A stretch of DNA of 64,000 nt from positions 32,001 through 96,000 of the forward strand of contig BTUM01000004.1 in the NCBI GenBank assembly GCA_045863235.1. Direction: 5' to 3'. Shown piece after piece: positions 1-9,130 of the stretch. The translations under genes were made by a program, and so were the position numbers. Source of the DNA: Candidatus Xenobia bacterium. GTDB lineage: Bacteria; Vulcanimicrobiota; Xenobia; Xenobiales; QWHO01. Numbering within the stretch: position 1 is the first letter of the stretch; every line of letters starts with the position of its first letter. The notes under the pieces are model-generated. The model saw nothing but the letters and a program-made list of their open reading frames with translations, ran no database searches and was not told the origin of the DNA.

Positions 1-339
1 GAGCTTCAGCAAGTCATCACCAGCCTTCTGCAAAATGCCGGTCAGGCGGCCCTGGACCCGGCCGCGAGCTCGCGCCAGGTTCGGCTTTCGACCCGGGCAG
101 AGGGGGGGATGGTGGTGCTGCGGGTGGAGGATGACGGGCCGGGAATTCCGCCAGAGATTCGGGAGCGCATTTTCGAGCCATTCTTCACCACCCGCCCACC
201 CGGTCAGGGAACAGGGCTGGGGCTGACCCTGAGTCTGCAGATCGCGCAGGCCTGCGGGGGCAGTCTCCAGCTCGTGCCCGGGACTGGTTCTGGAGCCATC
301 TTTGAACTGGTCCTGCCGGCCCTGACGACGCCCAACTGA
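1..339 (+). CDS. Sensor histidine kinase, C-terminal HATPase domain (5' truncated by window edge)
   Basis: Frame open from base 1: ELQQVITSLLQNA (N box), VEDDGPGI (G1), IFEPFFTT (F box), GTGLGL (G2). Confidence 0.9.
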   Translation, partial: ELQQVITSLLQNAGQAALDPAASSRQVRLSTRAEGGMVVLRVEDDGPGIPPEIRERIFEPFFTTRPPGQGTGLGLTLSLQIAQACGGSLQLVPGTGSGAIFELVLPALTTPN

Positions 340-377
340 TGGTGCTCGAAGTCCACTCCGAGGACTTTTATCCAGGG

Positions 378-432
378 CTCCAGGTTTCTTTAGGAATTCC
401 TCAGGTAAGTGCACCTGGGGGGAGGGTATGAT
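378..432 (+). promoter_or_regulatory. Putative OmpR-family operator repeats plus -10 element
   Basis: CTCCAGG (378), CTTTAGG (388), CCTCAGG (399) at 10-11 bp spacing, then TATGAT at 427-432. Confidence 0.45.
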
Positions 433-484
433 GACGCCGGGTAGTTCATTCGACCTACCCACTCTCTCTGGAGGTTTTACAAGG

Positions 485-790
485 ATGCTTCGCAACTTCG
501 TTCTCGCCGCCGCCGCCGTCGCGGTCACTTACCTGCCCGCCTCGGCCCAGGTCGGCGTCACCATACAACTCGGCAATCCCTACCCCCCCCCGCCGGTCTA
601 CTATCCCGTGGCTCAGCCTGTCGTGGTCCAACCGCGACCGGTCATCGTGCAGCCACGGCCGGTGCTGGTGCAACAGCAGCCCGTCTACTACCAAACCCCT
701 CGTTACTACGGTTCCGACTGTCGACCGGTCAAATACAACAAGAAGCACCATCGCAAGCAGCGCGGTCACCGGGGGCACTGCGACGACTGA
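485..790 (+). CDS. Small secreted Pro/Val-rich protein
   Basis: GGAGG RBS before ATG 485; signal peptide ending ASA-Q; PxPV-like repeats; His/Arg-rich tail. Confidence 0.75.
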   Translation: MLRNFVLAAAAVAVTYLPASAQVGVTIQLGNPYPPPPVYYPVAQPVVVQPRPVIVQPRPVLVQQQPVYYQTPRYYGSDCRPVKYNKKHHRKQRGHRGHCDD

Positions 791-827
791 TGGGAAGTCC
801 CCCATCCAGCGTCGAACCACACCCTGA

Positions 828-1514
828 GTGACCGACAAAACCGAGACCCGAGTCCGCATCCTGGTCGTCGACGATGAGCCTTCCATCGTCGACTACATCA
901 GTCTCGGGCTACGCTACGAGGGCTTCGAGGTGGGCTCAGCCGGGGATGGACGACAGGCACTGCAAACCTGGAGAGACTTCCGCCCGGACCTGGTGGTGCT
1001 CGACCGGATGCTTCCCGACGGGGATGGGCTCAGCGTCTGTCGCGAGCTGCGCGCCCTGAGCGAAGTTCCGGTCCTGATGCTGTCAGCCCGGGGCGAAGTT
1101 GAGGATCGGGTAGAGGGCCTGCAGTGCGGGGCCGATGACTACCTACCCAAACCGTTCAAGTTCGAGGAGCTGCTGGCCCGCATCCAGGCTCTGCTTCGCC
1201 GCACCGGGCGTCATAATGACAGGCTCCTGCGTTATGCCGACCTGGAGCTCGATCCATCCACTCGCCGACTCCGAAAATCCGGCGAGGGCATCGAGCTGAC
1301 AGCCCGCGAGTTCGACCTGCTCGAAGCTCTCATGCGCCGCCCCACTCAGGTCCTCACCCGCGAGCAGTTGCTCAGCCAGCTCTGGGGTTTCGACTTCGAG
1401 GGCAACACCAACGTGGTGGAGGTCCACATCAGTTCCTTGCGACAGAAGCTGGGAGACACGGACCGCACCTTGATAAGAACCGTGCGCAGCGTAGGGTATG
1501 CTCTCGGGGGCTGA
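828..1514 (+). CDS. OmpR/MprA-family DNA-binding response regulator
   Basis: ILVVDDE, LDRMLP, GADDYLPKPF receiver motifs; winged-helix C-terminus (VEVHISSLRQKL, IRTVRSVGY). Confidence 0.95.
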   Translation: MTDKTETRVRILVVDDEPSIVDYISLGLRYEGFEVGSAGDGRQALQTWRDFRPDLVVLDRMLPDGDGLSVCRELRALSEVPVLMLSARGEVEDRVEGLQCGADDYLPKPFKFEELLARIQALLRRTGRHNDRLLRYADLELDPSTRRLRKSGEGIELTAREFDLLEALMRRPTQVLTREQLLSQLWGFDFEGNTNVVEVHISSLRQKLGDTDRTLIRTVRSVGYALGG

Positions 1515-2970
1515 TCCCGGACGCCTCTCGCTGCGCTGGGTTCTGGCCCTGGGTCTGGCGGGGCTGCTGCTTCTATCGCTGAGCGTTCTGGGATTCTCTG
1601 TCCACAGCCTGGTGGCCCGCCACCTCGTTCGAACCGGTGAGTATCGGCTGTCTCGAATGGTAGCCGAGGGTCTGGTGGACGAGTTCGGTCCGCGCGACTG
1701 GCGCCCCGAAGGACAGTTCGAGGCCCCGGCCGAGATACTGACCCGAGCAGACCGATTGACCGAGGCAGTCTCGCTCGTCGAACCCTGGGCCTTTATCCAG
1801 GTCTTGCGACCGGACGGGGCCCTGGTGGCCGAAGCCGAGCCCCGACGCTTTCGGGATTCTGAGCCGTACTCACCTCAAAGTAGCCAGCTGGCCGCCCTGA
1901 TCCCCCTGGCCGAGAACCGGCGCAGCCTGCTCGTTCGCTCGGGCCCACGCACCTGGCAGGTATCTGTTTTCACCCTTGCTCGTAACGGACAACCCAGGGC
2001 CGTAGTGGCGGTCGGCCTGCCCTGGGACCTGTCCCGCGAGCTGCTCGACGCTCTGGCCTGGTACTTCGTGGTGGTGGGTCTGAGCACGCTGCTGCTCTCG
2101 GTAGCGGTGAGTCACTGGCTCGCCTCTCGCCTTTCGCGCCCCCTGGAAATCCTCACCGGGGCGGCCGAGCGGGTTGCTTCAGGCGACCTGAATCCGCCCG
2201 GCCCGCTGGTCGAAAGCACCCGTGAGGTGGCCCGACTGTCCCTTGCTTTCTCGAGAATGGTCGAGAGCCTGCAAAAGTCTCGCGAAAACCAGAAGCAGTT
2301 CGTGGCCGACGCTTCTCACGAGCTGAAGACGCCGCTGACAGCCATCGGAGGCATGCTGGAGATGCTCCGTCGGGGAGCCGACAAGAACCCGCAGGATCGA
2401 GAGCTGGCCCTTTCAACCATGGAGCGAGAGGTGGAGCGAATGGGCCGCCTGGTTGGCGATCTGCTGGCGCTCTCGCGGGCCGAGCAGCGCACCGCCACCC
2501 CGCCGGGAGTGGTGATGCTCCCCCCCTTCCTGGAGGAGATCGCGAGCTACGTGCGCCTCAAACGCATGGATCACATCGTTGAGGTGGACTGTCCTGCAGG
2601 TCTGGCAGTGCTGGCTCAGGCCGAGTCGCTCGACCGAGTGGTCCGAAACCTGGTCAACAATTCGGCCAAGTACACTGCCGCTGGCAAGCGTATCCGCCTT
2701 TCAGCCCGCCGGGAAGGGGCTTTCATTCGCCTGATGGTCGAAGACGAGGGAATCGGGATCGCGCCCGAGGATCTGGAACGGGTCTTTGACCGCTTCTACC
2801 GGGCCGACCCGGCTCGCTCCCGAGGGACAGGGGGCACCGGTCTTGGCCTGCCCATTGCGCGCGCGCTCGTGGATGCCATGCACGGCTCACTTTCCCTGGA
2901 AAGCGAGCCGGCACGCGGAACTCGCGCCATCATCCTGCTCCCCGCCGGAATGCGCTCTGAGGATCTTTAG
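1498..2970 (+). CDS. HAMP-domain sensor histidine kinase
   Basis: Two TM segments, HAMP, H box FVADASHELKTPLT, NLVNNSAKY, DEGIGI, FDRFYR, GTGLGL; overlaps the regulator gene. Confidence 0.95.
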   Translation: MLSGADPGRLSLRWVLALGLAGLLLLSLSVLGFSVHSLVARHLVRTGEYRLSRMVAEGLVDEFGPRDWRPEGQFEAPAEILTRADRLTEAVSLVEPWAFIQVLRPDGALVAEAEPRRFRDSEPYSPQSSQLAALIPLAENRRSLLVRSGPRTWQVSVFTLARNGQPRAVVAVGLPWDLSRELLDALAWYFVVVGLSTLLLSVAVSHWLASRLSRPLEILTGAAERVASGDLNPPGPLVESTREVARLSLAFSRMVESLQKSRENQKQFVADASHELKTPLTAIGGMLEMLRRGADKNPQDRELALSTMEREVERMGRLVGDLLALSRAEQRTATPPGVVMLPPFLEEIASYVRLKRMDHIVEVDCPAGLAVLAQAESLDRVVRNLVNNSAKYTAAGKRIRLSARREGAFIRLMVEDEGIGIAPEDLERVFDRFYRADPARSRGTGGTGLGLPIARALVDAMHGSLSLESEPARGTRAIILLPAGMRSEDL

Positions 2971-3289
2971 ATTTTCTTCAGGAAAGCTCCGGGCAGCCTT
3001 CAGCCCTTCCGGTTAGGATGACCTTGCTCAGGTTCGTACCCGCGAACCGAGCCCAGCTGCCCCGGTGGTCGCCAGGAACTCCCCAACTGGCGGCCTCCGG
3101 GCCGGCGCCCGGTGACCAGAACCCTGGCCCTTTTGCTCCTCATGGCAGCAAGGGCCGAAAGTGGCGTACGGACGCCATTTCGGCCATCAAAACTCAGCCA
3201 GATGGTCACAATTCGGCAATAATCCTCTAACAAGGAACTGTTACTTTCATGCTATGGGGAGATACACACCCGGAATGGGAGGTCTTCCT

Positions 3290-5533
3290 ATGCTTGCCAA
3301 GAGTTTTTACAGGCTCGCCCTGGCCTGTCTGATCGGGGCGGTCTGCTGGGCCGGCCTGACCGGACGGGCGGGCGCCCAGGAGCTCTATACCGCCGATGAG
3401 CTCGACCAGATCGTCGACTCCATCGCACTCTATCCCGACCCGCTTTTGTCCAACATCCTCAGCGCCGCGGCCTATCCGGATCAGCTTGCCCAGGCCCAGA
3501 AGCTGGTCGCGAGCGGCCAGGGACCGGACGCGGCCCCCGAAGGATGGGACCCGGCCGTCAAGGCCCTGATGGACTTTCCCGAGATCCTGGAAACGCTCAA
3601 CGAGGACAGCCAGTGGACCTCAGCCCTGGCCTTCGCAGCCAGTCACCAGATGAGCGAACTCATGGGGGCGGTCCAGGGGGTGCGTCAGCGAGCCCTTCAG
3701 GCAGGAGCGCTCCAAAGTGGTGACCAGATGCGGGTCCTCCAAGAGGACGGCCTGGTCACCATCCAGCCTACCGATCCGACCCGCGTCTACGTTCCCTCCT
3801 ATGACCCCGACGCCATCGGCGGGATGGACCTGGGCTACAATCTGGTCGACCCGGACTACAATGACTCGGCTTACACCTCTGGTTTCACGAGCGGATTTGC
3901 CACCGGCGCCGTGACCTTCGGGCTGGCAGTGGTGGTTTCGGACTGGTTCTTCAACCGCAACTGCGACTGGTGGAGCGGCTCCATCTGCACCGGCTACTGG
4001 CCCGCCTACCGGCCGACATACGGCTACTGGAATCCCGGCTGCCAGGGCAACTTCCGCCCCTGGCGGCCGGCCGTCAACTACACCTATCGCCCGGCGGCCT
4101 GTCGACCGGTTCGGGTGGTGCGCAACAATACGGTCGTTCGCAACACGAACATCGTGCGCAACAACAACGTGGTTCGCAACAACAACATCGTGCGCAACAA
4201 CAACGTGGTTCGTAACAACAACGTGGTACGCAACAACAACGTGGTTCGTAACAACGTGGTGAACTATGACCGCCGCCCCCACAAGGGCGGACGTCCCGAC
4301 ATCAACAGGCCCCGCAAGCCCGGAAATCGTCCCCACGCCAACTGCGGCAAATGCGGCCGGCAGCACTCCGGCGATTGTGACCGGATCGGCTATGACCGCC
4401 CCGGTCGCCCTGACCGCGATGACAAGCCCGGCTACGACCGGCCCGGTCGCCCCGACCGCGATGACAAGCCCGGCTACGACCGCCCCGGTCGCCCCGACCG
4501 CGACAAGCCCGGCTACGACCGCCCCGGTCGCCCCGACCGCGACGACAGGCCCGGTTACGACCGCCCCGGTCGCCCCGACCGCGACAAGCCAGGAAGCATT
4601 GGCCACGACCGCCCGGGCCGTCCCGACCGCGATGACAAGCCCGGCTACGACCGCCCCGGTCGCCCCGACCGCGACAAGCCCGGCTACGACCGCCCCGGTC
4701 GCCCCGACCGCGACGACAAGCCCGGCTATGACCGCCCCGGTCGCCCCGACCGCGACGACAAGCCCGGCAGCATTGGCCAGGACCGTCCCGGACGTCCCGA
4801 CCGTGAAAAGCCTGGACATGACCGCCCGGGTCGCAACGGCGATGGACTTGCCAATCGACGTCCAGAGGACTGGCGCCGACAGGGCCAGCGTCCCGACTGG
4901 AGCAACCGACCTGATCGGGGCGAGAACCCGGGTGCCCTCGTCAGCATGAACCGTCCCGAGCGGAACAACCAGATCTTCCGCTCTGACCGAAACAAGAACG
5001 ATTTCAACCGCGTGAATCGTCCCCAACGCGGCATGCCGGGCGAGCGCCCTCAGCGCGACTTCAACCGACCCGAGCTGCAGAACTTCCGTCCCAATCGGAT
5101 CGACCGTCCCCAGCGCGACTTCAACCGACCCGAGCGACAGAACCTGCGTCCCAATCGGATCGACCGTCCCCAGCGCGACTTCAACCGACCCGAGCGACAG
5201 AATCTGCGTCCCAATCGGATCGACCGTCCCCAGCGCGACTTCAACCGACCCGAGCGGCAGGACCTCCGTCCCAATCGGATCGACCGTCCCCAGCGCGACT
5301 TCAACCGACCCGAGCGGCAGAACTTCCGTCCCAATCGGATCGACCGTCCCCAGCGCAACATCAACCGTCCCGACCGGCCGCAGCGCCAGGTCGAGCGGCC
5401 TCAGCGCAATTTCAACCGCCCCGTGCGGCAGGTCCAGTCCCGTCCCCAGCGCTCCCCGCAGGTTCGCCAGCCAAGGCCCCAGCGCCAGCCCAGACCTGCA
5501 CGTCAGCCAAATCAGCAACGCAGAAGACGCTAG
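3290..5533 (+). CDS. DUF3300-domain secreted protein with a long repetitive C-terminal tail
   Basis: GGAGG RBS, signal peptide, ELDQIVDSIALYPDPLLSNIL and WDPAVKAL motifs typical of DUF3300, then low-complexity repeats. Confidence 0.85.
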   Translation: MLAKSFYRLALACLIGAVCWAGLTGRAGAQELYTADELDQIVDSIALYPDPLLSNILSAAAYPDQLAQAQKLVASGQGPDAAPEGWDPAVKALMDFPEILETLNEDSQWTSALAFAASHQMSELMGAVQGVRQRALQAGALQSGDQMRVLQEDGLVTIQPTDPTRVYVPSYDPDAIGGMDLGYNLVDPDYNDSAYTSGFTSGFATGAVTFGLAVVVSDWFFNRNCDWWSGSICTGYWPAYRPTYGYWNPGCQGNFRPWRPAVNYTYRPAACRPVRVVRNNTVVRNTNIVRNNNVVRNNNIVRNNNVVRNNNVVRNNNVVRNNVVNYDRRPHKGGRPDINRPRKPGNRPHANCGKCGRQHSGDCDRIGYDRPGRPDRDDKPGYDRPGRPDRDDKPGYDRPGRPDRDKPGYDRPGRPDRDDRPGYDRPGRPDRDKPGSIGHDRPGRPDRDDKPGYDRPGRPDRDKPGYDRPGRPDRDDKPGYDRPGRPDRDDKPGSIGQDRPGRPDREKPGHDRPGRNGDGLANRRPEDWRRQGQRPDWSNRPDRGENPGALVSMNRPERNNQIFRSDRNKNDFNRVNRPQRGMPGERPQRDFNRPELQNFRPNRIDRPQRDFNRPERQNLRPNRIDRPQRDFNRPERQNLRPNRIDRPQRDFNRPERQDLRPNRIDRPQRDFNRPERQNFRPNRIDRPQRNINRPDRPQRQVERPQRNFNRPVRQVQSRPQRSPQVRQPRPQRQPRPARQPNQQRRRR
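4121..4261 (+). repeat. Coding tandem repeat, 18-bp unit (RNNNVV)
   Basis: About 8 copies of a cgcaacaacaacgtggtt-like unit. Confidence 0.9.
4388..4834 (+). repeat. Coding tandem repeat, 39-48 bp unit (GYDRPGRPDRDDKP)
   Basis: About 11 copies of ggctacgaccgccccggtcgccccgaccgc...aagccc. Confidence 0.92.
5045..5370 (+). repeat. Coding tandem repeat, 60-bp unit (RPQRDFNRPERQNLRPNRID)
   Basis: Five near-identical 60-bp units plus a partial copy, visible as aligned sequence lines 5101-5341. Confidence 0.95.
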
Positions 5534-5571
5534 GAATTCCGGCCGCACGGCCGGATGCGGAAAACAGGCCT

Positions 5572-5604
5572 GGGAGCCCGGCCACCAGCCGGGCTCCCTC
5601 TTTT
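5572..5604 (+). terminator. Rho-independent terminator
   Basis: GGGAGCCCGGC-cacca-GCCGGGCTCCC followed by TCTTTT, just downstream of the DUF3300 gene. Confidence 0.85.
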
Positions 5605-5693
5605 CATGACCCGAGCGAATGACACAGATCATCTCGGTCCGAGGGAACATGCCCTAACCTGAGAGTACATCTTACCTGAATAGGGAGGCTCGC

Positions 5694-6254
5694 ATGCCGA
5701 TTCCCCTGGAAATCACCTTCCACGGTGTGGAAAAAGTGCCCGCTCTGGAAGAGCTCATTCGCGAGAAAGCCGAGCGCCTCGAGCACATCAACAAGCGACT
5801 GATGCGCTGTCGGGTCGCCATCGAGAAACCCCACCGCCACAAGCGCCACGGCAGCGGCTGGCGGGTCCGGATCGATCTCACCCTGCCCCCCCGGCAGGAA
5901 CTGGTGATCAAAGAAGAGCCCGGCCTGGGAGCCCCTCCCCAGGAGGACCTCTACCAGGTGGTCACGGAGGCCTTCCACACGGCCGAGCGCAAGCTACGCA
6001 AGATGACCGACAAGATTCGCGGCGAGACCAAACGCCATCCCGCAGCCGAGCCCAACGGAGTGATCAAGCGGGTCTTCGTCGACCACGGCTTTCTGCAAGG
6101 CGAGGGTGGTTATGACGTCTACTTCCACCGAAACAGCCTGCTGGGGATCCCCTTCGAGGAACTGACCGTCGGCACCGCGGTGCACTTCACCGAAGAGGAG
6201 GGCGAGGACGGCCCCCAGGCCTCCACCGTCCACGTGCTGGCACGAGCACGCTGA
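5694..6254 (+). CDS. HPF/RaiA-family ribosome-associated protein fused to a cold-shock domain
   Basis: PLEITFHG...VRIDLTLP...DLYQVVTEAF (HPF fold); GFL...DVYFHRNSL...GPQASTV (CSD). Confidence 0.9.
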   Translation: MPIPLEITFHGVEKVPALEELIREKAERLEHINKRLMRCRVAIEKPHRHKRHGSGWRVRIDLTLPPRQELVIKEEPGLGAPPQEDLYQVVTEAFHTAERKLRKMTDKIRGETKRHPAAEPNGVIKRVFVDHGFLQGEGGYDVYFHRNSLLGIPFEELTVGTAVHFTEEEGEDGPQASTVHVLARAR

Positions 6255-6303
6255 GCCCAGGTTGAACTTCGCCGCATCGCCGTGTCACCTCATGCGGCGA
6301 AGT

Positions 6304-6633
6304 TCAAGGCAGCCGTTCCAGTCGCACCCGCACGGAAGCTGCGTCAGGCACCTCGGAGCCGTAATGGCGGCCCAGGTATTCCACCAGGCGCGTCTTCTCG
6401 TGCTGGCTCAACACCGCTCCCCAGCTCTGCATCTTGGTCAAAACCTTATCCCATTGAGCTTGCGAGAGTCGCTGGGCCTGGATCAGCTCAGGGCCGTGGC
6501 AGGCCACGCACCGCGTCACCACTTCCTGTCCCGGGCCCGGGGGCCAGGCGACTGTGGGAGCATTGACCCGAAAGCGCGTCTGGGCCAGCACCGGCAAGAA
6601 CAGGAAGGTAAGCACAATGAGAGAGCGCTTCAT
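6304..6633 (-). CDS. Small exported c-type cytochrome (SorB/SorU-like)
   Basis: Signal peptide, CVACH heme motif, W..VLTKM..WGA; 4-bp overlap with the upstream molybdoenzyme gene. Confidence 0.85.
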   Translation of the reverse strand: MKRSLIVLTFLFLPVLAQTRFRVNAPTVAWPPGPGQEVVTRCVACHGPELIQAQRLSQAQWDKVLTKMQSWGAVLSQHEKTRLVEYLGRHYGSEVPDAASVRVRLERLP

Positions 6634-7760
6634 CCCACCTCCAAAGTGAGGCTGTCAGCGGTGTTCCACTGGTAGCCTGAGGGGTTCCAGGGGGAGGGAT
6701 CGAGCGGTTGAACCGCTCCCCGGTCGTCGGTGGCCCGCGAGCGCAGAGTGTAGCGCCCCGGCCCGGGGGGCCGCCAGCGGTAGCGAAAGATCCGCCAGCC
6801 ATAGGGAGCCGGCTCGCCCTCCAACTCGGCCATATGCCAGTCGCTCTCTGCCATACCCACATCGACCCGGGTCACCACCGCTTCTCCCCCGCTCCAGGCC
6901 ACCCCCTGGATCTCGACCGTACTCCCTGCCGGGACCCGCGTCCCCTGGGACGGGGTGGCGAACAGTGACTTCACGACCATCTCGGTCATAACGGCCATTT
7001 TCTCAGGGGGGACTTTGGATCCGGGTTCGACCGGCTCGGTGGGATAGCGATAGGCGGTTCGGTAGTAAAACTCGTCAGGTTCCTCGGCAGTCAGGGTGAT
7101 CTTTGAGAGCCACTTGACCCAGTCGTCGCCCACCCAGCCCGGCACCACCAGTCGGGCCGGGTAGCCGTGCAGTTGGGGAAGAGTCTCGCCGTTCATCTGG
7201 TAGGCCACCAGGGTATCCGGGTGAAGGGCCCTCTCCAGCGGGATGGCGCGCACGAAGGGGGGAGCCTTGACCAGCGGCTGATCCAGCCCGCGCAAGACCA
7301 CCCAGCGAGCCTCCGGTCTGGGGCCGGCGCGCTCGAGCAGTTCGACCAGACGGGCGCCGGTCCATTCGGCGTTGCCAACCGCACCCTTCTCCCAGGGAAC
7401 TCCGGCCACTCGGGGGCGAAAGAAGGCCCGCCCGTTGCCCGAGCACTGCAGCACGGCGGTGACGGCGGCTCGAGGAGCGGCCTCCAGCTGGGCCAGTTTC
7501 AGCTCGAATGGTCTCTCCACCAGCCCATCCAGACTGAGGGTCCAGTCGGCAGCTGTCACGGCCGGCTCTGGGTGGTGCGAGCGCAGAAAGAACAACTCGT
7601 TGGGCGTCAGGCGTGTCTGAAATGCCTCCACAGGGGTCTCCAGGTCGAAAGGACGGCTGCTGCGCAAGAGGAGCTCGCGTGGCACGGGAGCGGTGCCGGG
7701 CGAACGCGAGCATCCGGTAAGGGCCAGGGCCGATAGCTTGAGGAACTCGCGACGGTTCAC
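6630..7760 (-). CDS. Tat-exported sulfite oxidase-family molybdoenzyme
   Basis: NRREFLK Tat motif, FFLRSH, LQCSGNGR Mo-ligand Cys, HGYPARLVVPGW, C-terminal dimerisation domain; probable GTG start at 7760. Confidence 0.92.
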   Translation of the reverse strand: MNRREFLKLSALALTGCSRSPGTAPVPRELLLRSSRPFDLETPVEAFQTRLTPNELFFLRSHHPEPAVTAADWTLSLDGLVERPFELKLAQLEAAPRAAVTAVLQCSGNGRAFFRPRVAGVPWEKGAVGNAEWTGARLVELLERAGPRPEARWVVLRGLDQPLVKAPPFVRAIPLERALHPDTLVAYQMNGETLPQLHGYPARLVVPGWVGDDWVKWLSKITLTAEEPDEFYYRTAYRYPTEPVEPGSKVPPEKMAVMTEMVVKSLFATPSQGTRVPAGSTVEIQGVAWSGGEAVVTRVDVGMAESDWHMAELEGEPAPYGWRIFRYRWRPPGPGRYTLRSRATDDRGAVQPLDPSPWNPSGYQWNTADSLTLEVG

Positions 7761-7823
7761 CCCTCGCCCTTCGACCAACCCGGGGAAGGAACCCGCCGAA
7801 CCGGCTGGGAAGGGCCGGCCCTG

Positions 7824-8891
7824 ATGAAAGCGCTGCCCGGACTGGCTACCTCGATCTTGCTGATGCTCATCGCCTTACCTGTGGCCGATGGGCTGGGCCG
7901 CCTGGTGCTGAGACTGACGGGGGTAGAGGGAGGCAGCAGCCCCATCTCGGGAGTGCTGGTGGCCATCTTGCTGGGCCTGCTGGCCCGCAACCTGCTGCCC
8001 TTGCCGGAGCGCCTGGATGCGGGCATCAAGCTGGCCACCACCACGGTGCTGCGCCTCGGGATCGTGCTCGTGGGCATCAAGCTGAGCTTCTTCGACCTTC
8101 TGGTACTGGGAGCGGTGGGCATTCCGGTGGTGGTGACCGCCATCGTCACCGCCTTGATTTCGGTTCACTGGCTGGCGGCTCGCCTCGGACTGAGCCAGCG
8201 TCTGGGCACCCTGATCGCGGCCGGCACCAGCATCTGCGGGATTACCGCTATCGTTTCCACGGCCCCGGCCATCGAGGCCAACGAGCAAGAGGTGGCCTAC
8301 GCCGTGGCCAATGTGGCCCTGTTCGGGCTGTTGGGAATGCTCACTTATCCCTATCTGGCCCACGCCGTCTTCTCCACCCCCGAGCAGGTCGGGCTCTTTC
8401 TGGGCACGGCCGTGCACGATACCTCCCAGGTCATCGGCAGCGCGCTGACCTACAAGGAAGTCTACGGGGCCGATCAGGCCCTCAAGGTGGCCACCGTCAC
8501 CAAGTTGACTCGCAACCTGTTCCTGGCCCTGGTGGTACCTTTCCTGGCCTGGATGCACGCTCGTCGCCAGCAACGTCCGGGTCAGAGAATCGACTTCAAA
8601 AAGCTCCTGCCCACCTTCGTGCTGGGCTTTGTGGCCATGGCGCTGCTGCGAACCGTCGGCGACGCGATGTGGGGGGATGCCGCCACCTGGAAGGTCGTCA
8701 CCCACCAGATCGGGGATGTGTGGGGGTCGAAGTACTGCCTGGGCACCGCCCTGGCGGGCGTGGGGCTCTCGACCCGTTTTGCCGTGTTCCGAGGGGTGGG
8801 GCTCAAGCCGTTTCTGGTGGGATTCTTCGCCGCGGCTCTGGTGGGATTGACGTCCATGACGCTCACTTTGTTCTTAGGAAGAGCACTCTAA
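7824..8891 (+). CDS. YeiH-family putative sulfate exporter
   Basis: Polytopic membrane protein with GTSICGITAI, GTAVHDTSQV and KLTRNLFL motifs. Confidence 0.9.
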   Translation: MKALPGLATSILLMLIALPVADGLGRLVLRLTGVEGGSSPISGVLVAILLGLLARNLLPLPERLDAGIKLATTTVLRLGIVLVGIKLSFFDLLVLGAVGIPVVVTAIVTALISVHWLAARLGLSQRLGTLIAAGTSICGITAIVSTAPAIEANEQEVAYAVANVALFGLLGMLTYPYLAHAVFSTPEQVGLFLGTAVHDTSQVIGSALTYKEVYGADQALKVATVTKLTRNLFLALVVPFLAWMHARRQQRPGQRIDFKKLLPTFVLGFVAMALLRTVGDAMWGDAATWKVVTHQIGDVWGSKYCLGTALAGVGLSTRFAVFRGVGLKPFLVGFFAAALVGLTSMTLTLFLGRAL

Positions 8892-9084
8892 AGCGCAAGG
8901 CCTCTGGTCGTGCACTTTACAACGCGCCGGAACTGCGTTCCGGCGCGTTCGTCAGATTGTGCCCATGTGCAAGACCAGAGTGCGAGCACATGAGTCCGAC
9001 CTCTACAGTCTTCTCGGGCGTCTCCCATCCAAAAACGGTGCCAACAGGATCCGACTGCAACGAATCCTGTGGGTGCAGATTGGC

Positions 9085-9112
9085 TTGATTTGTTAAAATT
9101 CTGTGACATACT
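9085..9112 (+). promoter_or_regulatory. Putative sigma70-type promoter of pilin cluster 1
   Basis: TTGATT, 16-bp spacer, CATACT with a TG extension, followed by GGAGG RBS. Confidence 0.5.
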
Positions 9113-9130
9113 GGGGGAGTGGAGGTTGGC

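Noticed and set aside
3018..3230. 70-aa ORF between the kinase and DUF3300 genes
   Set aside because: No RBS or motif, and its ATG overlaps a likely -10 element; more plausibly untranslated leader.
5045..5370. 60-bp periodic repeats as a CRISPR array
   Set aside because: The units are contiguous with no unique spacers, stay in frame within a CDS, and no cas genes are present.
3620..5650. 676-aa minus-strand ORF and other long antisense ORFs (e.g. 20917-22938, 17610-18905, 38111-39580)
   Set aside because: Stop-poor shadows of real genes in high-GC DNA, with no recognisable motifs.
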